Positions 9,180-17,584 of a stretch of DNA of 64,000 bases are shown piece after piece. The stretch covers positions 9,500 through 73,499 of the forward strand of contig JAFKGL010000010.1 in NCBI GenBank assembly GCA_017307065.1. The letters are read 5' to 3'. The translations under genes and the position numbers were made by a program. The notes beneath the pieces were generated by a model. The model had not been told where the DNA came from and did no database searches. It was given only the letters and a program-made list of their open reading frames with translations. Origin of the DNA: Candidatus Paracaedimonas acanthamoebae. Its GTDB lineage: Bacteria > Pseudomonadota > Alphaproteobacteria > Caedimonadales > Caedimonadaceae. Positions within the stretch are counted from its first letter, which is position 1. Every line of letters begins with the position of its first letter.

Positions 9180-10901
9180 ATGCAAAGAATTACTTTGCGC
9201 GAGGTGAATCCCATTCCCCAAGAGAAAATTTCCGGCATGATCGACGAATTTTTTGATCTGCGAATACACCTTTTAAAAAGAGGTCTGCTTTCAATTGATC
9301 AAATAAAAATTGCAGAAATCGAACACCAAAAGCAAGGTAAGCGTTTAGAAGAAATACTTGTTAATTTAGGTTTTTTAAGTGATCAAGTTCTGAGAGAGAT
9401 CATTGCGGATTTAAAGGGAATCTCTATTTTTAATCTTCAAGAATTTATCATCGATGCCCATCTTCTGATTAATTTTTCTAAAAATGTTGCTGAACGTTAC
9501 CAAGTCTTACCTTTATTTTGCGAAGAAAAAACTTTGCATGCTGCGTTGGTGGATGTTGATGATCTGATAGCCATTGATCAGCTTCGGTATTTTTTTCCTC
9601 ACGTTACAAATATTATTCCTTATGTGGCGACTTCGATGGATTTAAGTCAAGCAATTGATAAAGCCTATGGTCATGCTCTTTCTATTGAAGGTCTTCTGTA
9701 TGAAATTGAGGAAAAAGAAAATAAAGATAAAAAACACACTGAAGGGACAGCGATTCGCTTTATCAACACTTTATTAATGGATGCTGTGAAAAGAAGGGCC
9801 TCAGATATCCACTTTGAGCCAGAAGGAACATTTATTCGATGTCGATATCGTTTGGATGGTGTTCTTCGGCAGATATGCACTTTTCATCGTCAATATTGGC
9901 CAATGCTTCTTGTGCGCTTAAAAATTATGTCAGAAATGGATATTACAGAAAATCGATTTCCACAGCATGGTCGATTTAGTTTTATCGTGGCAAATCGTGA
10001 AGTTGATTTTAGAGCGGCCTCTCATCCAACTGTTCATGGGGAAAATTTTGTTGTTCGTATTTTGGATAAACGTCATTCTTTATTACCTTTAGAAGAATTA
10101 GGATTTAAAGAAGCAACAGTTCATTCTATTAAGCAATTAATCAAGTCCCCTCAGGGGCTTGTGGTCGTGACGGGTCCCACAGGTTCTGGAAAAACAACAA
10201 CTCTTTACTCGATGCTACGCTATATTGCGTCAACAGATGTTAATATTATGACGCTGGAAGAGCCTGTAGAATATGAGCTTCCTTTGATTCGGCAAACTGA
10301 AGTGCGTGAACCGGGTGGTGTATCATTTGTCGAAGGCATCCGTTCAATTTTGCGTCAAGACCCCGACATTATTTTTATTGGAGAAGTGCGAGATGAAGAA
10401 ACGGCTAAAATGGCGTTGAGAGCCGCTATGACGGGTCATCTTGTCTTGACGACTCTTCACACAAATAATGCTTTTGATATCATTTCTCGATTTAAGGATT
10501 TGGGTATTTCTCCCCAAATGTTAGCAGGCCATCTTCGAGGCGTGATTGCTCAAAGACTTTTAAGAAAGCTTTGTTCCTTTTGTAAAATTGAAAGAAACTT
10601 GACTCAAGAGGAAAAACTTCTGTTTCAAGAGTATAAACAGAGCGCTCATATTTTCTGGGAAGCAGAAGGGTGTGATGAGTGTGAATTCACGGGTTATAAA
10701 GGACGTATTGCTGTTGCTGAATGGCTCGTATTTGATGAGCAAATGGATGATCTTTTAAGTGATGCTAAACTGACTGAACTTCGGACTTATGTTCAAAGTC
10801 AAGGATTTCAATCGATGAGCCATGCGGCTCTTTCGATTTTTCAAGAAGGAATAGTGAACATGGCTGAAATTGAAAGAGTTGTTGGACTGAGAAAAATTTA
10901 A
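9180..10901 (+). CDS. GspE/PilB-family secretion ATPase (type II secretion / type IV pilus assembly)
   Basis: 573 aa. N-terminal T2SSE_N-like domain, Walker A GPTGSGKTT, Walker B/Asp box (ILRQDPDIIFIGEVRD), His box (LVLTTLHTN), tetracysteine motif (CSFCK...CDEC) typical of assembly ATPases rather than PilT. Confidence 0.9.
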   Translation: MQRITLREVNPIPQEKISGMIDEFFDLRIHLLKRGLLSIDQIKIAEIEHQKQGKRLEEILVNLGFLSDQVLREIIADLKGISIFNLQEFIIDAHLLINFSKNVAERYQVLPLFCEEKTLHAALVDVDDLIAIDQLRYFFPHVTNIIPYVATSMDLSQAIDKAYGHALSIEGLLYEIEEKENKDKKHTEGTAIRFINTLLMDAVKRRASDIHFEPEGTFIRCRYRLDGVLRQICTFHRQYWPMLLVRLKIMSEMDITENRFPQHGRFSFIVANREVDFRAASHPTVHGENFVVRILDKRHSLLPLEELGFKEATVHSIKQLIKSPQGLVVVTGPTGSGKTTTLYSMLRYIASTDVNIMTLEEPVEYELPLIRQTEVREPGGVSFVEGIRSILRQDPDIIFIGEVRDEETAKMALRAAMTGHLVLTTLHTNNAFDIISRFKDLGISPQMLAGHLRGVIAQRLLRKLCSFCKIERNLTQEEKLLFQEYKQSAHIFWEAEGCDECEFTGYKGRIAVAEWLVFDEQMDDLLSDAKLTELRTYVQSQGFQSMSHAALSIFQEGIVNMAEIERVVGLRKI

Positions 10902-10902
10902 C

Positions 10903-12102
10903 ATGCTTCATTTCAGGTATTATTCTGTCACGGCCCAAGGTCAAAAAAAGCGCGGAATTATAATGGCCTCCTCTTTAGAAGAGGTGCGACATCGTCTTGC
11001 AGAGCGTGGAGAATATTTATTACGTTATCGTGAACAATCGCATTATAGGCGTTTTTTTTATTCACGTAATGAAAGTCATCTTGAAGAGATTTGCATTCAT
11101 TTCAAAGAAATGAGTCAAGCTGGTATTCCTCTTTTGGATATTCTTGATTCAATCAAGCAATCCTCACCCTCTATTCACCTTAAGGATGTTTTTGAAAATA
11201 TTTATTATCTCGTTGAGAATGGCGCCTCTCTTTCTGAAGCGATGAGTTATTTCCCGCAAGTTTTTAACCACGTTTTTGTAGGAATCATCAGGGCTGCTGA
11301 AATAAGTGGAGAATTAGTTGAGGCTTTTGATCAATTAGCAATATTTTTGAAAGAACAGCAAAAATTTAAAGTCAAAATCATCCAGTCACTGCGTTATCCT
11401 CTATTGTTATTAGGAATGATTCTTTTATTGATCAGTATTCTTTCAGTTTTTGTTGTTCCTGAAATTCAAACATTGATTAGTAGTTTTGGTCATGAACTTC
11501 CTCTATCAACGCGTATTCTTGTTTTTGTCTCTGACAAATTTTTTCTTATTATAAGTAGTCTTTGTTTATTGTTAGGCGGGGGTATAGGGGTATTATTTTG
11601 TTTAAGTCATTTATCTCAAAAAATAAGAATAGAGTGTCATCAAGTTATTCTTAGAATGCCTTTTATCGGGCGCCTTTTCAAAGAGATGCAGGTTCTTCTT
11701 TTTTTTCAGATTTTTGCGATTCTTCATCAGAATAAGATTAATCTTTTTGAGTGTTTTGCGAATGCTCGACTTTCTTTAACAAATCTTTTTATCAAACAAA
11801 AATTATCTGAAGTCAGTGAGAAAATAAAAAGAGGTCACAATTTACCGGACGCTTTTAAGGGTGATGATTTTTTTGATCTGTATCTCTCAAGAATGTTAAA
11901 AATTGGCATACAGACGGGAAAATTAGACCCTTGTTTGCATTGTATTACTCAGCACTATCGCCATACTATTGATCAGAAGATAGGAAAACTTCTGGCTTAT
12001 CTTGAGCCGATTGGTCTTCTAATAATCGGCGGAATAATGTTTTGGATCGTGAGTGCTGTTTTTATCCCTTTATATGAACAGTTAATAGGACTGGATTTAT
12101 AA
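10903..12102 (+). CDS. GspF/PilC-family inner-membrane platform protein
   Basis: Starts 2 nt after the ATPase stop. 399 aa with a duplicated GspF-type cytoplasmic domain/TM architecture (SLSEAMSYFPQVFNHVFVGIIRAAEISGEL; C-terminal LEPIGLLIIGGIMFWIVSAVFIPLY). Confidence 0.85.
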   Translation: MLHFRYYSVTAQGQKKRGIIMASSLEEVRHRLAERGEYLLRYREQSHYRRFFYSRNESHLEEICIHFKEMSQAGIPLLDILDSIKQSSPSIHLKDVFENIYYLVENGASLSEAMSYFPQVFNHVFVGIIRAAEISGELVEAFDQLAIFLKEQQKFKVKIIQSLRYPLLLLGMILLLISILSVFVVPEIQTLISSFGHELPLSTRILVFVSDKFFLIISSLCLLLGGGIGVLFCLSHLSQKIRIECHQVILRMPFIGRLFKEMQVLLFFQIFAILHQNKINLFECFANARLSLTNLFIKQKLSEVSEKIKRGHNLPDAFKGDDFFDLYLSRMLKIGIQTGKLDPCLHCITQHYRHTIDQKIGKLLAYLEPIGLLIIGGIMFWIVSAVFIPLYEQLIGLDL

Positions 12103-13340
12103 TGTTTTCTTACTTTATACCGCAGAAATGGTACTTGATTTTACGAGAGGATCGGGGGGAGGTTTTTATCTATCGATGGGGACGTTTAAAAGAAAGATCT
12201 TGTTTAAAAACACCCAATGAGTTGATGGAAAAAATTTCTTCAAGTGGTCCGATTTCATTAACTGTTCTGATAGATCATGAGAGTGAAATTTTAGAAACAG
12301 GAATCCTACCAAGAACTTCTTTTTTTGATAAAAAATCGTTGCTTATAAATCATTTAAGAGAAAAATTTTCCGCTGAAAGTTTGTTTGGAGGTATGTATCT
12401 AAAAGGATATCAAAAAACATCTCCTTTTTTGGGAATGGCATCACCACTTTCTGAGGCGATGAAAACATGGATAGTGCCTTTAAGAAAAAGAGGAATCAAT
12501 GTTCATTTAACTTTCTTTATTATTGAGGCTAGAAAGTATTTGCTGCAAAACCTCAAAAAAATAGGTGAAAAGTCTCCCTTGATTCTTTTACTGCCATGGA
12601 ATGGGTATTTGAAGCAGATGTTATTTTTAGAGGGTGAAATTCGTCATTTAAGGATAATAAAGCAGCCCTCTCAAGAAGAATATAATAATCAAATCACTTC
12701 TTACAGTCAGTATATTAGGCGTCAGTATCATCTTACTATAACCAATCTTCCAATTGTTTATATGAAAGACTCGCTAACTCAAGAAATTTACGAAGATGTA
12801 AGAGAAGTTATAGAAATTCAAGATCTAGCAAAAGAGGTGTTCTCTCATATTAAAGCTCATCGTTTATCTCAATTTCGTATGTTTCAATTTCCTGAGTTTG
12901 GAATGTTCCCTTACAAAAAATTTATTTATAAATATGCCTTTTTTTGTCTGCTTGGTGGAATAATTGGGGGAGCATTATTGATGACGAAGAATTTTTGGAT
13001 CTTTGAAAAAGACCAAAAAATACCTCAAAGAATGATTCAAAAGATCTCGCGTCAAGTCTCTTCAAAATCGCCTTTGTCTTTGTATTTGGCAGCAATTTTT
13101 TATCTCGATGAAAAAACATGGACTCTCTGGCTCAATGGTCAGAAAATAACGACACTTCAAGGGGCTAAAGATTTTGGATATGAGATTCTTTTTGTAACTG
13201 ATCAGCAAGTCACTTTAAGAAAAATAAATTCTCAAGAATCAGTGATCATTTTAAAGCCTAACCAAACTTTTATTCCTCACAAAAGATGCATAAAAGAGGG
13301 CGATTGGCAGACGCATAATACTCAAAAAGATATTTCTTAA
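12102..13340 (+). CDS. Hypothetical bitopic membrane protein, possible GspL/PilM-PilN-like assembly component
   Basis: ATG overlaps the gspF-like stop (TAATG). About 265-aa cytoplasmic region, one TM helix (YAFFCLLGGIIGGALLM), about 120-aa C-terminal region. No motif recognised. The role is inferred from position and topology only. Confidence 0.5.
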   Translation: MFSYFIPQKWYLILREDRGEVFIYRWGRLKERSCLKTPNELMEKISSSGPISLTVLIDHESEILETGILPRTSFFDKKSLLINHLREKFSAESLFGGMYLKGYQKTSPFLGMASPLSEAMKTWIVPLRKRGINVHLTFFIIEARKYLLQNLKKIGEKSPLILLLPWNGYLKQMLFLEGEIRHLRIIKQPSQEEYNNQITSYSQYIRRQYHLTITNLPIVYMKDSLTQEIYEDVREVIEIQDLAKEVFSHIKAHRLSQFRMFQFPEFGMFPYKKFIYKYAFFCLLGGIIGGALLMTKNFWIFEKDQKIPQRMIQKISRQVSSKSPLSLYLAAIFYLDEKTWTLWLNGQKITTLQGAKDFGYEILFVTDQQVTLRKINSQESVIILKPNQTFIPHKRCIKEGDWQTHNTQKDIS

Positions 13341-13352
13341 GAGGATATTTCA

Positions 13353-14114
13353 TCACTGGTGAGTGTGAAGACGATAACTTGTACAAATTCCCGCAAAATT
13401 TCTTTGAGTTTTCCATGTCACAATATGGCGGAAAGGGGCGTCTTTTCTTGTTGAATAAGGGGCGCTTATAAAAGTTAAATCTCCGTTACCATTCTCAATT
13501 TCCCCACGACCGACATCTATTCCTTGATGTATTTCTATTGTGCCTTTTCCTATATAGGCTCCATGTCCTGTAGGGCCATGACTTACAAGGACAAATAGAA
13601 TACTATCTTCTCCTTTTCCTAAGACACTAGAGCCATTTTCATCAATAACTTTAAGTGAACGTGAACTGATTTTTTCACAAAATCTTTTAAAGTTAAATTC
13701 GGCGCTAGGTCTGAAGATGATTTTAGGTTCAACGGCGTATGTGACAAAGTTTTTATAACCATCGCGTGCTACACTCTCGGGAAGTCCAAGGGTTCGATAG
13801 GGAATAATTCCTCTGGCTTCAGGAGATTTTGAACAATAAAGACGGGCAACGCCTGCTTCTTGTCCTTGAGCCGCAGGATCAGCAGGACAGGGAAGTGATT
13901 TGTAGAGGGCGGCATAAGACGCTAAGCTGTCCATGATTTCTTGATGATGGCGGCGTGTTACGTCAAGTTTTGTTCTTTCTATTTGCGGCGTTAAAAGAGG
14001 AATACTCAACCCCCCAATAATACCAATAATTGCTAAAACAATAGCAAGTTCAATTAATGAATAACCAGCTTGATTATGTTTACATTTGGAAATAAATGAC
14101 GCACGCAATTTCAT
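13353..14114 (-). CDS. Prepilin-type N-terminal cleavage/methylation domain protein (large pseudopilin/pilin-like)
   Basis: Leader MKLRASFISKCKHNQAG/YSLIELAIVLAIIGIIGG with Glu at +5. The ATG at 14114 lies 35 nt inside the 3' end of the upstream pilin gene. The ORF-track extension to 14177 was not used. Confidence 0.8.
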   Translation of the reverse strand: MKLRASFISKCKHNQAGYSLIELAIVLAIIGIIGGLSIPLLTPQIERTKLDVTRRHHQEIMDSLASYAALYKSLPCPADPAAQGQEAGVARLYCSKSPEARGIIPYRTLGLPESVARDGYKNFVTYAVEPKIIFRPSAEFNFKRFCEKISSRSLKVIDENGSSVLGKGEDSILFVLVSHGPTGHGAYIGKGTIEIHQGIDVGRGEIENGNGDLTFISAPYSTRKDAPFRHIVTWKTQRNFAGICTSYRLHTHQ

Positions 14115-14772
14115 TATTTTTCGTATTATATTCGCCTTTAGGGGTGACACAGCTTCCTGCTTTGACACCAGCTCCATCTTTAACTCTTATTCTTCCTGTT
14201 GTTGGGTCGCCATTATCGGCTTTTTTATCAAGACTCATGGCCTGAAGTGGCGTAAGGCCTGGGGCATCTCCTTTATTTCCATTTTGATTGCCAAGGACAA
14301 ACCAGTGACCAGGCATATCTTCAAAGGGATGATGGCAAATTGTAAAGCCGCCACCAATTTTAGCTTTTGGAGCGCCCGACCCAAATTTTGCTTGGGTTCC
14401 TGAAGGAAGGCCTGAACTTGGAAGAAGATTAGCTGCTGCTAAATGGGCCCAGAACGAAGCGGCTTCATGCTCTTTCCCTTGAGTTGTTAAGCCTGGACCT
14501 TCTATCGTTCCATTATTGTTTCCATTAAGAAGTCCGTCTTGAATAAGTTCAGCCGCTTGATCAAAATCACCAGGCAGAGCATCATAACGGTCCATGAATG
14601 TGCTGACTGCTACACGATATTCATTTACCTGAGTTAAGACAGATTTTAAGCGCGCGCTTTCGAGAAGTTCTTGCCCTTTTAGAATGCCTCCCACAATAAG
14701 CCCTATAATCATAAGCGCAATAGCAAGTTCCACAAGACTAAAGCCCGCTTGGGTTATTTTTCGTTTTCGCAT
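14080..14772 (-). CDS. Prepilin-type N-terminal cleavage/methylation domain protein (GspG/major pilin-like)
   Basis: Leader MRKRKITQAG/FSLVELAIALMIIGLIVGG with Glu at +5. AGAGGA RBS upstream. 230 aa. Confidence 0.85.
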   Translation of the reverse strand: MRKRKITQAGFSLVELAIALMIIGLIVGGILKGQELLESARLKSVLTQVNEYRVAVSTFMDRYDALPGDFDQAAELIQDGLLNGNNNGTIEGPGLTTQGKEHEAASFWAHLAAANLLPSSGLPSGTQAKFGSGAPKAKIGGGFTICHHPFEDMPGHWFVLGNQNGNKGDAPGLTPLQAMSLDKKADNGDPTTGRIRVKDGAGVKAGSCVTPKGEYNTKNNEIACVIYFQM

Positions 14773-14798
14773 ATAAATTCCTCTTTTAACGTCAGATT

Positions 14799-14827
14799 AT
14801 TTTAAAAGTCCTGAAGGATCACAACAA
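14799..14827 (-). promoter_or_regulatory. Candidate promoter of the two-gene pilin operon
   Basis: On the minus strand: TTGTTG, 17-nt spacer, TAAAAT, ending about 27 nt upstream of the pilin ATG at 14772. Confidence 0.4.
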
Positions 14828-14904
14828 GCCAATTTTAGAAAAGGGCTAAAATTTACATGCTTTTTCATCTATCTTATAAGAGACAAATTAAGGCATATAG
14901 GCAA

Positions 14905-15000
14905 TTTTTCCTTGAGTTTGTAGCTTAAATTTGCTATTGTGATTGGGTGAAGACGTGATGAGTTCCGCTCTCTTTCCTCTTTTCCTAATCCTTCTTTTCA
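14905..15000 (+). repeat. Short copy (C) of the dispersed intergenic repeat family, 5' module only
   Basis: aatttttccttgagtttgtagc...ttgtgattgggtgaagacgtgatgagttccgctctctttcc aligns by eye with the 5' part of the copies at 61236 (+) and 34127 (-). Confidence 0.4.
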
Positions 15001-15044
15001 AACAAATAGAGATAATACAAAAAGATTTTGCTTATCTCTAAAAC

Positions 15045-15073
15045 TTGACAGAGAAGGTTGCAAAGACTTATGC
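15045..15073 (+). promoter_or_regulatory. Candidate promoter for tRNA-Leu(CAG)/rnd
   Basis: TTGACA (15045-15050), 17-nt spacer, TTATGC, 12 nt before the tRNA 5' end. The -10 element is weak. Confidence 0.35.
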
Positions 15074-15085
15074 ATAAAGATTAGA

Positions 15086-15171
15086 GCCCAGGTGGCGGAA
15101 TGGTAGACGCGCTAGATTCAGGTTCTAGTGAGCGCAAGCTTGTGGAAGTTCAAGTCTTCTCCTGGGCACCA
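15086..15171 (+). tRNA. tRNA-Leu (anticodon CAG), CCA encoded
   Basis: Acceptor gcccagg/cctgggc, anticodon arm ctaga-ttCAGgt-tctag, long variable arm, T-arm ggaag-ttcaagt-cttcc, discriminator A plus CCA. Confidence 0.93.
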
Positions 15172-15194
15172 TGCGAGTTAATGGAGGATTAATT

Positions 15195-15827
15195 GTGACT
15201 GCACAGCAAAGTCTCAATGTTCAGCATCATTTTGGAGATTTACCTTCTTCTGTAAAATTTGAGGGCTCTGTTGCAATTGATACAGAAGCTATGGGGTTGA
15301 ATCCCCATCGAGATCGATTATGCGCAGTACAACTTTCTCAAGGTGATGGAATTTGTCATGTTGTTCAGTTCAGTCATGAGAAAAATTATCACGCACCTAA
15401 TCTTGTTCAACTTTTATTGAACCCTTCTATTTTAAAGATTTTTCATTTTGCTCGATTTGATGTGGCCTTGTTATCGCATACATTTAAAATTGAAATTAAT
15501 CCGGTCTATTGTACAAAAATTGCGTCAAAAATTGCGCGTACTTTTACGGATCGCCATGGATTAAGAGATCTTTGTAGAGAACTTTTAAACGTAGATATCT
15601 CAAAAGAAGCTCAGACTTCTGATTGGGGAGCGCCCACATTCACAGCTGAACAATTAAGATATGCGGCCACGGATGTGCTTTATCTTCATAAGCTTAAAGA
15701 TATCTTAGAGGCTATGTTAATACGGGAAGAAAAAGAAAAACTGGCACAAACATGTTTTAATTTTATCCCCACATGTTCCCAATTGGATCTTTTAGGATAT
15801 CAAAACTTAAATGTATTCGATCACTAA
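15195..15827 (+). CDS. rnd: Ribonuclease D-like 3'-5' exonuclease (short alphaproteobacterial type)
   Basis: DEDD exonuclease motifs (VAIDTEAMGL; ILKIFHFARFDVALL; YAATDVLYLHKL). GTG at 15195 follows GGAGGA by 7 nt. The track start at 15171 overlaps the tRNA CCA end and was not used. Confidence 0.8.
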   Translation: MTAQQSLNVQHHFGDLPSSVKFEGSVAIDTEAMGLNPHRDRLCAVQLSQGDGICHVVQFSHEKNYHAPNLVQLLLNPSILKIFHFARFDVALLSHTFKIEINPVYCTKIASKIARTFTDRHGLRDLCRELLNVDISKEAQTSDWGAPTFTAEQLRYAATDVLYLHKLKDILEAMLIREEKEKLAQTCFNFIPTCSQLDLLGYQNLNVFDH

Positions 15828-15850
15828 ATTTAAGGTAAAAAGAGGTATCA

Positions 15851-16876
15851 ATGACAGTTATTGCTTTCAATGCAGTTACAAACTCAAACCCCCAAAAATC
15901 TGATATGGTATTGCATTTTACGCTGGAAGAAGCTCAACGAGTCCTAAATTTAGAAGCGAGCGCTCTGCAGGCTCTTTCTAAGGCCATTGATGAGAATTTT
16001 TTAAAAGCGTGCCAAATTATCTTTGAAACAAAAGGTCGCGTTGTTGTCTCTGGAATGGGTAAAAGCGGACATATTGCGCGAAAGATTGCTGCGACGCTTT
16101 CTTCCACAGGGACCCCCGCTCTTTTTGTTCATCCAGCTGAAGCGAGTCATGGGGACCTAGGAATGATTTCGCCAGCGGATACCTTAATAGTTTTATCTTC
16201 TTCGGGAGAAACAACTGAACTTTCTAATTTACTGGCTTATGCGCAACGTCGCCTTATTCCTTTAATTGCGATTACACAAAAAAAAGGGAGTACTCTTGCG
16301 GAAACATCAACGGTCACTTTACTCTTACCTTCAATAGAAGAAGCTTGCCCTTTAGGACTTGCGCCGACAACCTCAACGACAATGATGCTTGCGTTGGGAG
16401 ATGCGTTGGCAACGACACTTTTGAATTTTAGAGATTTTTCTCCTGAAGATTTTGGCGTTTTTCATCCTGGGGGGAAATTAGGTCAGCGTTTGACAAGAGT
16501 TTCTCAGATTATGCATAAAAATGAGAAAGTCCCTCTTGTGAGTCCTGGGACTTCTATGAATGAGGCTATTTTAGCCATGACCTCTCATGGATTTGGATGT
16601 GTGGGAGTTGTAGAAACATCAGGAACTTTAGTTGGAATTATTACGGATGGAGATTTGCGACGTCATATGAATGCAAATCTTTTTTCAGCTTTAGTAGAAG
16701 AAGTCATGACAACTCATCCTTACACTATTCATGCCGGAGCTCTGGCGGAAGAGGCGCTTGCTTTTATGAATGAAAAACAAGTGACAACTCTTTTTATTGT
16801 TGAAAATAAACTGGAAGTAGATCACGTCGTGGGGATTGTTCATATACATGACTTTTTAAGAGCGAATATTTCTTAA
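15851..16876 (+). CDS. kdsD: Arabinose-5-phosphate isomerase (KpsF/GutQ family, SIS + 2 CBS domains)
   Basis: SIS motif VVSGMGKSGHIARKIAATLSSTGTPA and C-terminal tandem CBS domains. Located upstream of lptCAB. Confidence 0.9.
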   Translation: MTVIAFNAVTNSNPQKSDMVLHFTLEEAQRVLNLEASALQALSKAIDENFLKACQIIFETKGRVVVSGMGKSGHIARKIAATLSSTGTPALFVHPAEASHGDLGMISPADTLIVLSSSGETTELSNLLAYAQRRLIPLIAITQKKGSTLAETSTVTLLLPSIEEACPLGLAPTTSTTMMLALGDALATTLLNFRDFSPEDFGVFHPGGKLGQRLTRVSQIMHKNEKVPLVSPGTSMNEAILAMTSHGFGCVGVVETSGTLVGIITDGDLRRHMNANLFSALVEEVMTTHPYTIHAGALAEEALAFMNEKQVTTLFIVENKLEVDHVVGIVHIHDFLRANIS

Positions 16877-16894
16877 TAAGCGATAGAAGAAGCG

Positions 16895-17584
16895 ATGAAT
16901 TCCATAAAAAATAAACTCTATGCCTCTCTTAAAGGAAAACCATTAAGTCAAGAATTGCAGCAACAACATCAACGTCGTTCAGAAAAGATCATTTTTTTGA
17001 GAAAGTTTTCATGTGCGGTAATTATATTAATGGGAGTAACTTTAATTGCTTGGCCACAAATAGAGAAATTTCTAAATTCGATAGAATCGCAAGGAGACAA
17101 TAGCTTTAAACATCTTGCAGTGCAAAATAGGATTCAGCAGCCACGAATGCATTCCTATGATAAAGATCGACGCCCTTTTAATATTGATGCCCAAAGTGCT
17201 GAACAAGTTTCTTCAGAAAAGATTGGACTTGAACAACCGTTTAGTAAGCATATTCTTCATAATGGAATAGAAATTGAAATTAATGGAGATCAAGGAATCT
17301 TTCATCAAAATACAAAATTTTTAAATTATGAAAAAAATGTTAAATTAAAAACAAGCTCAGGCTACGAATTCACGACGGACTCGGCGTCAATTGACACAAA
17401 TGGTAAAAGTATTGAAGGGTCTAAGCCAATTGTAGGGAAAGGGCCTTCAAGCGAAATTGTTGCTCAAGGTTTTAAAATAGAAAATGAGGGGAATAAGATT
17501 CACTTTATAGGAAAAAGCACCCTTATATTGAATGCATCAGAGTCTCCTGATAATAAAAAAGTTGGTCTTTCTCATGAAAAATAG
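16895..17584 (+). CDS. lptC: LPS export system protein LptC-like
   Basis: Single N-terminal TM anchor followed by a beta-jellyroll-sized periplasmic domain. Sits between kdsD and lptA/lptB. Sequence similarity itself is weak. Confidence 0.65.
   Translation: MNSIKNKLYASLKGKPLSQELQQQHQRRSEKIIFLRKFSCAVIILMGVTLIAWPQIEKFLNSIESQGDNSFKHLAVQNRIQQPRMHSYDKDRRPFNIDAQSAEQVSSEKIGLEQPFSKHILHNGIEIEINGDQGIFHQNTKFLNYEKNVKLKTSSGYEFTTDSASIDTNGKSIEGSKPIVGKGPSSEIVAQGFKIENEGNKIHFIGKSTLILNASESPDNKKVGLSHEK

Noticed and set aside
15171-15194. Longer start of the rnd ORF at 15171.
   Set aside because: It begins on the terminal A of the tRNA CCA and has no RBS. The GTG at 15195 follows GGAGGA at good spacing.
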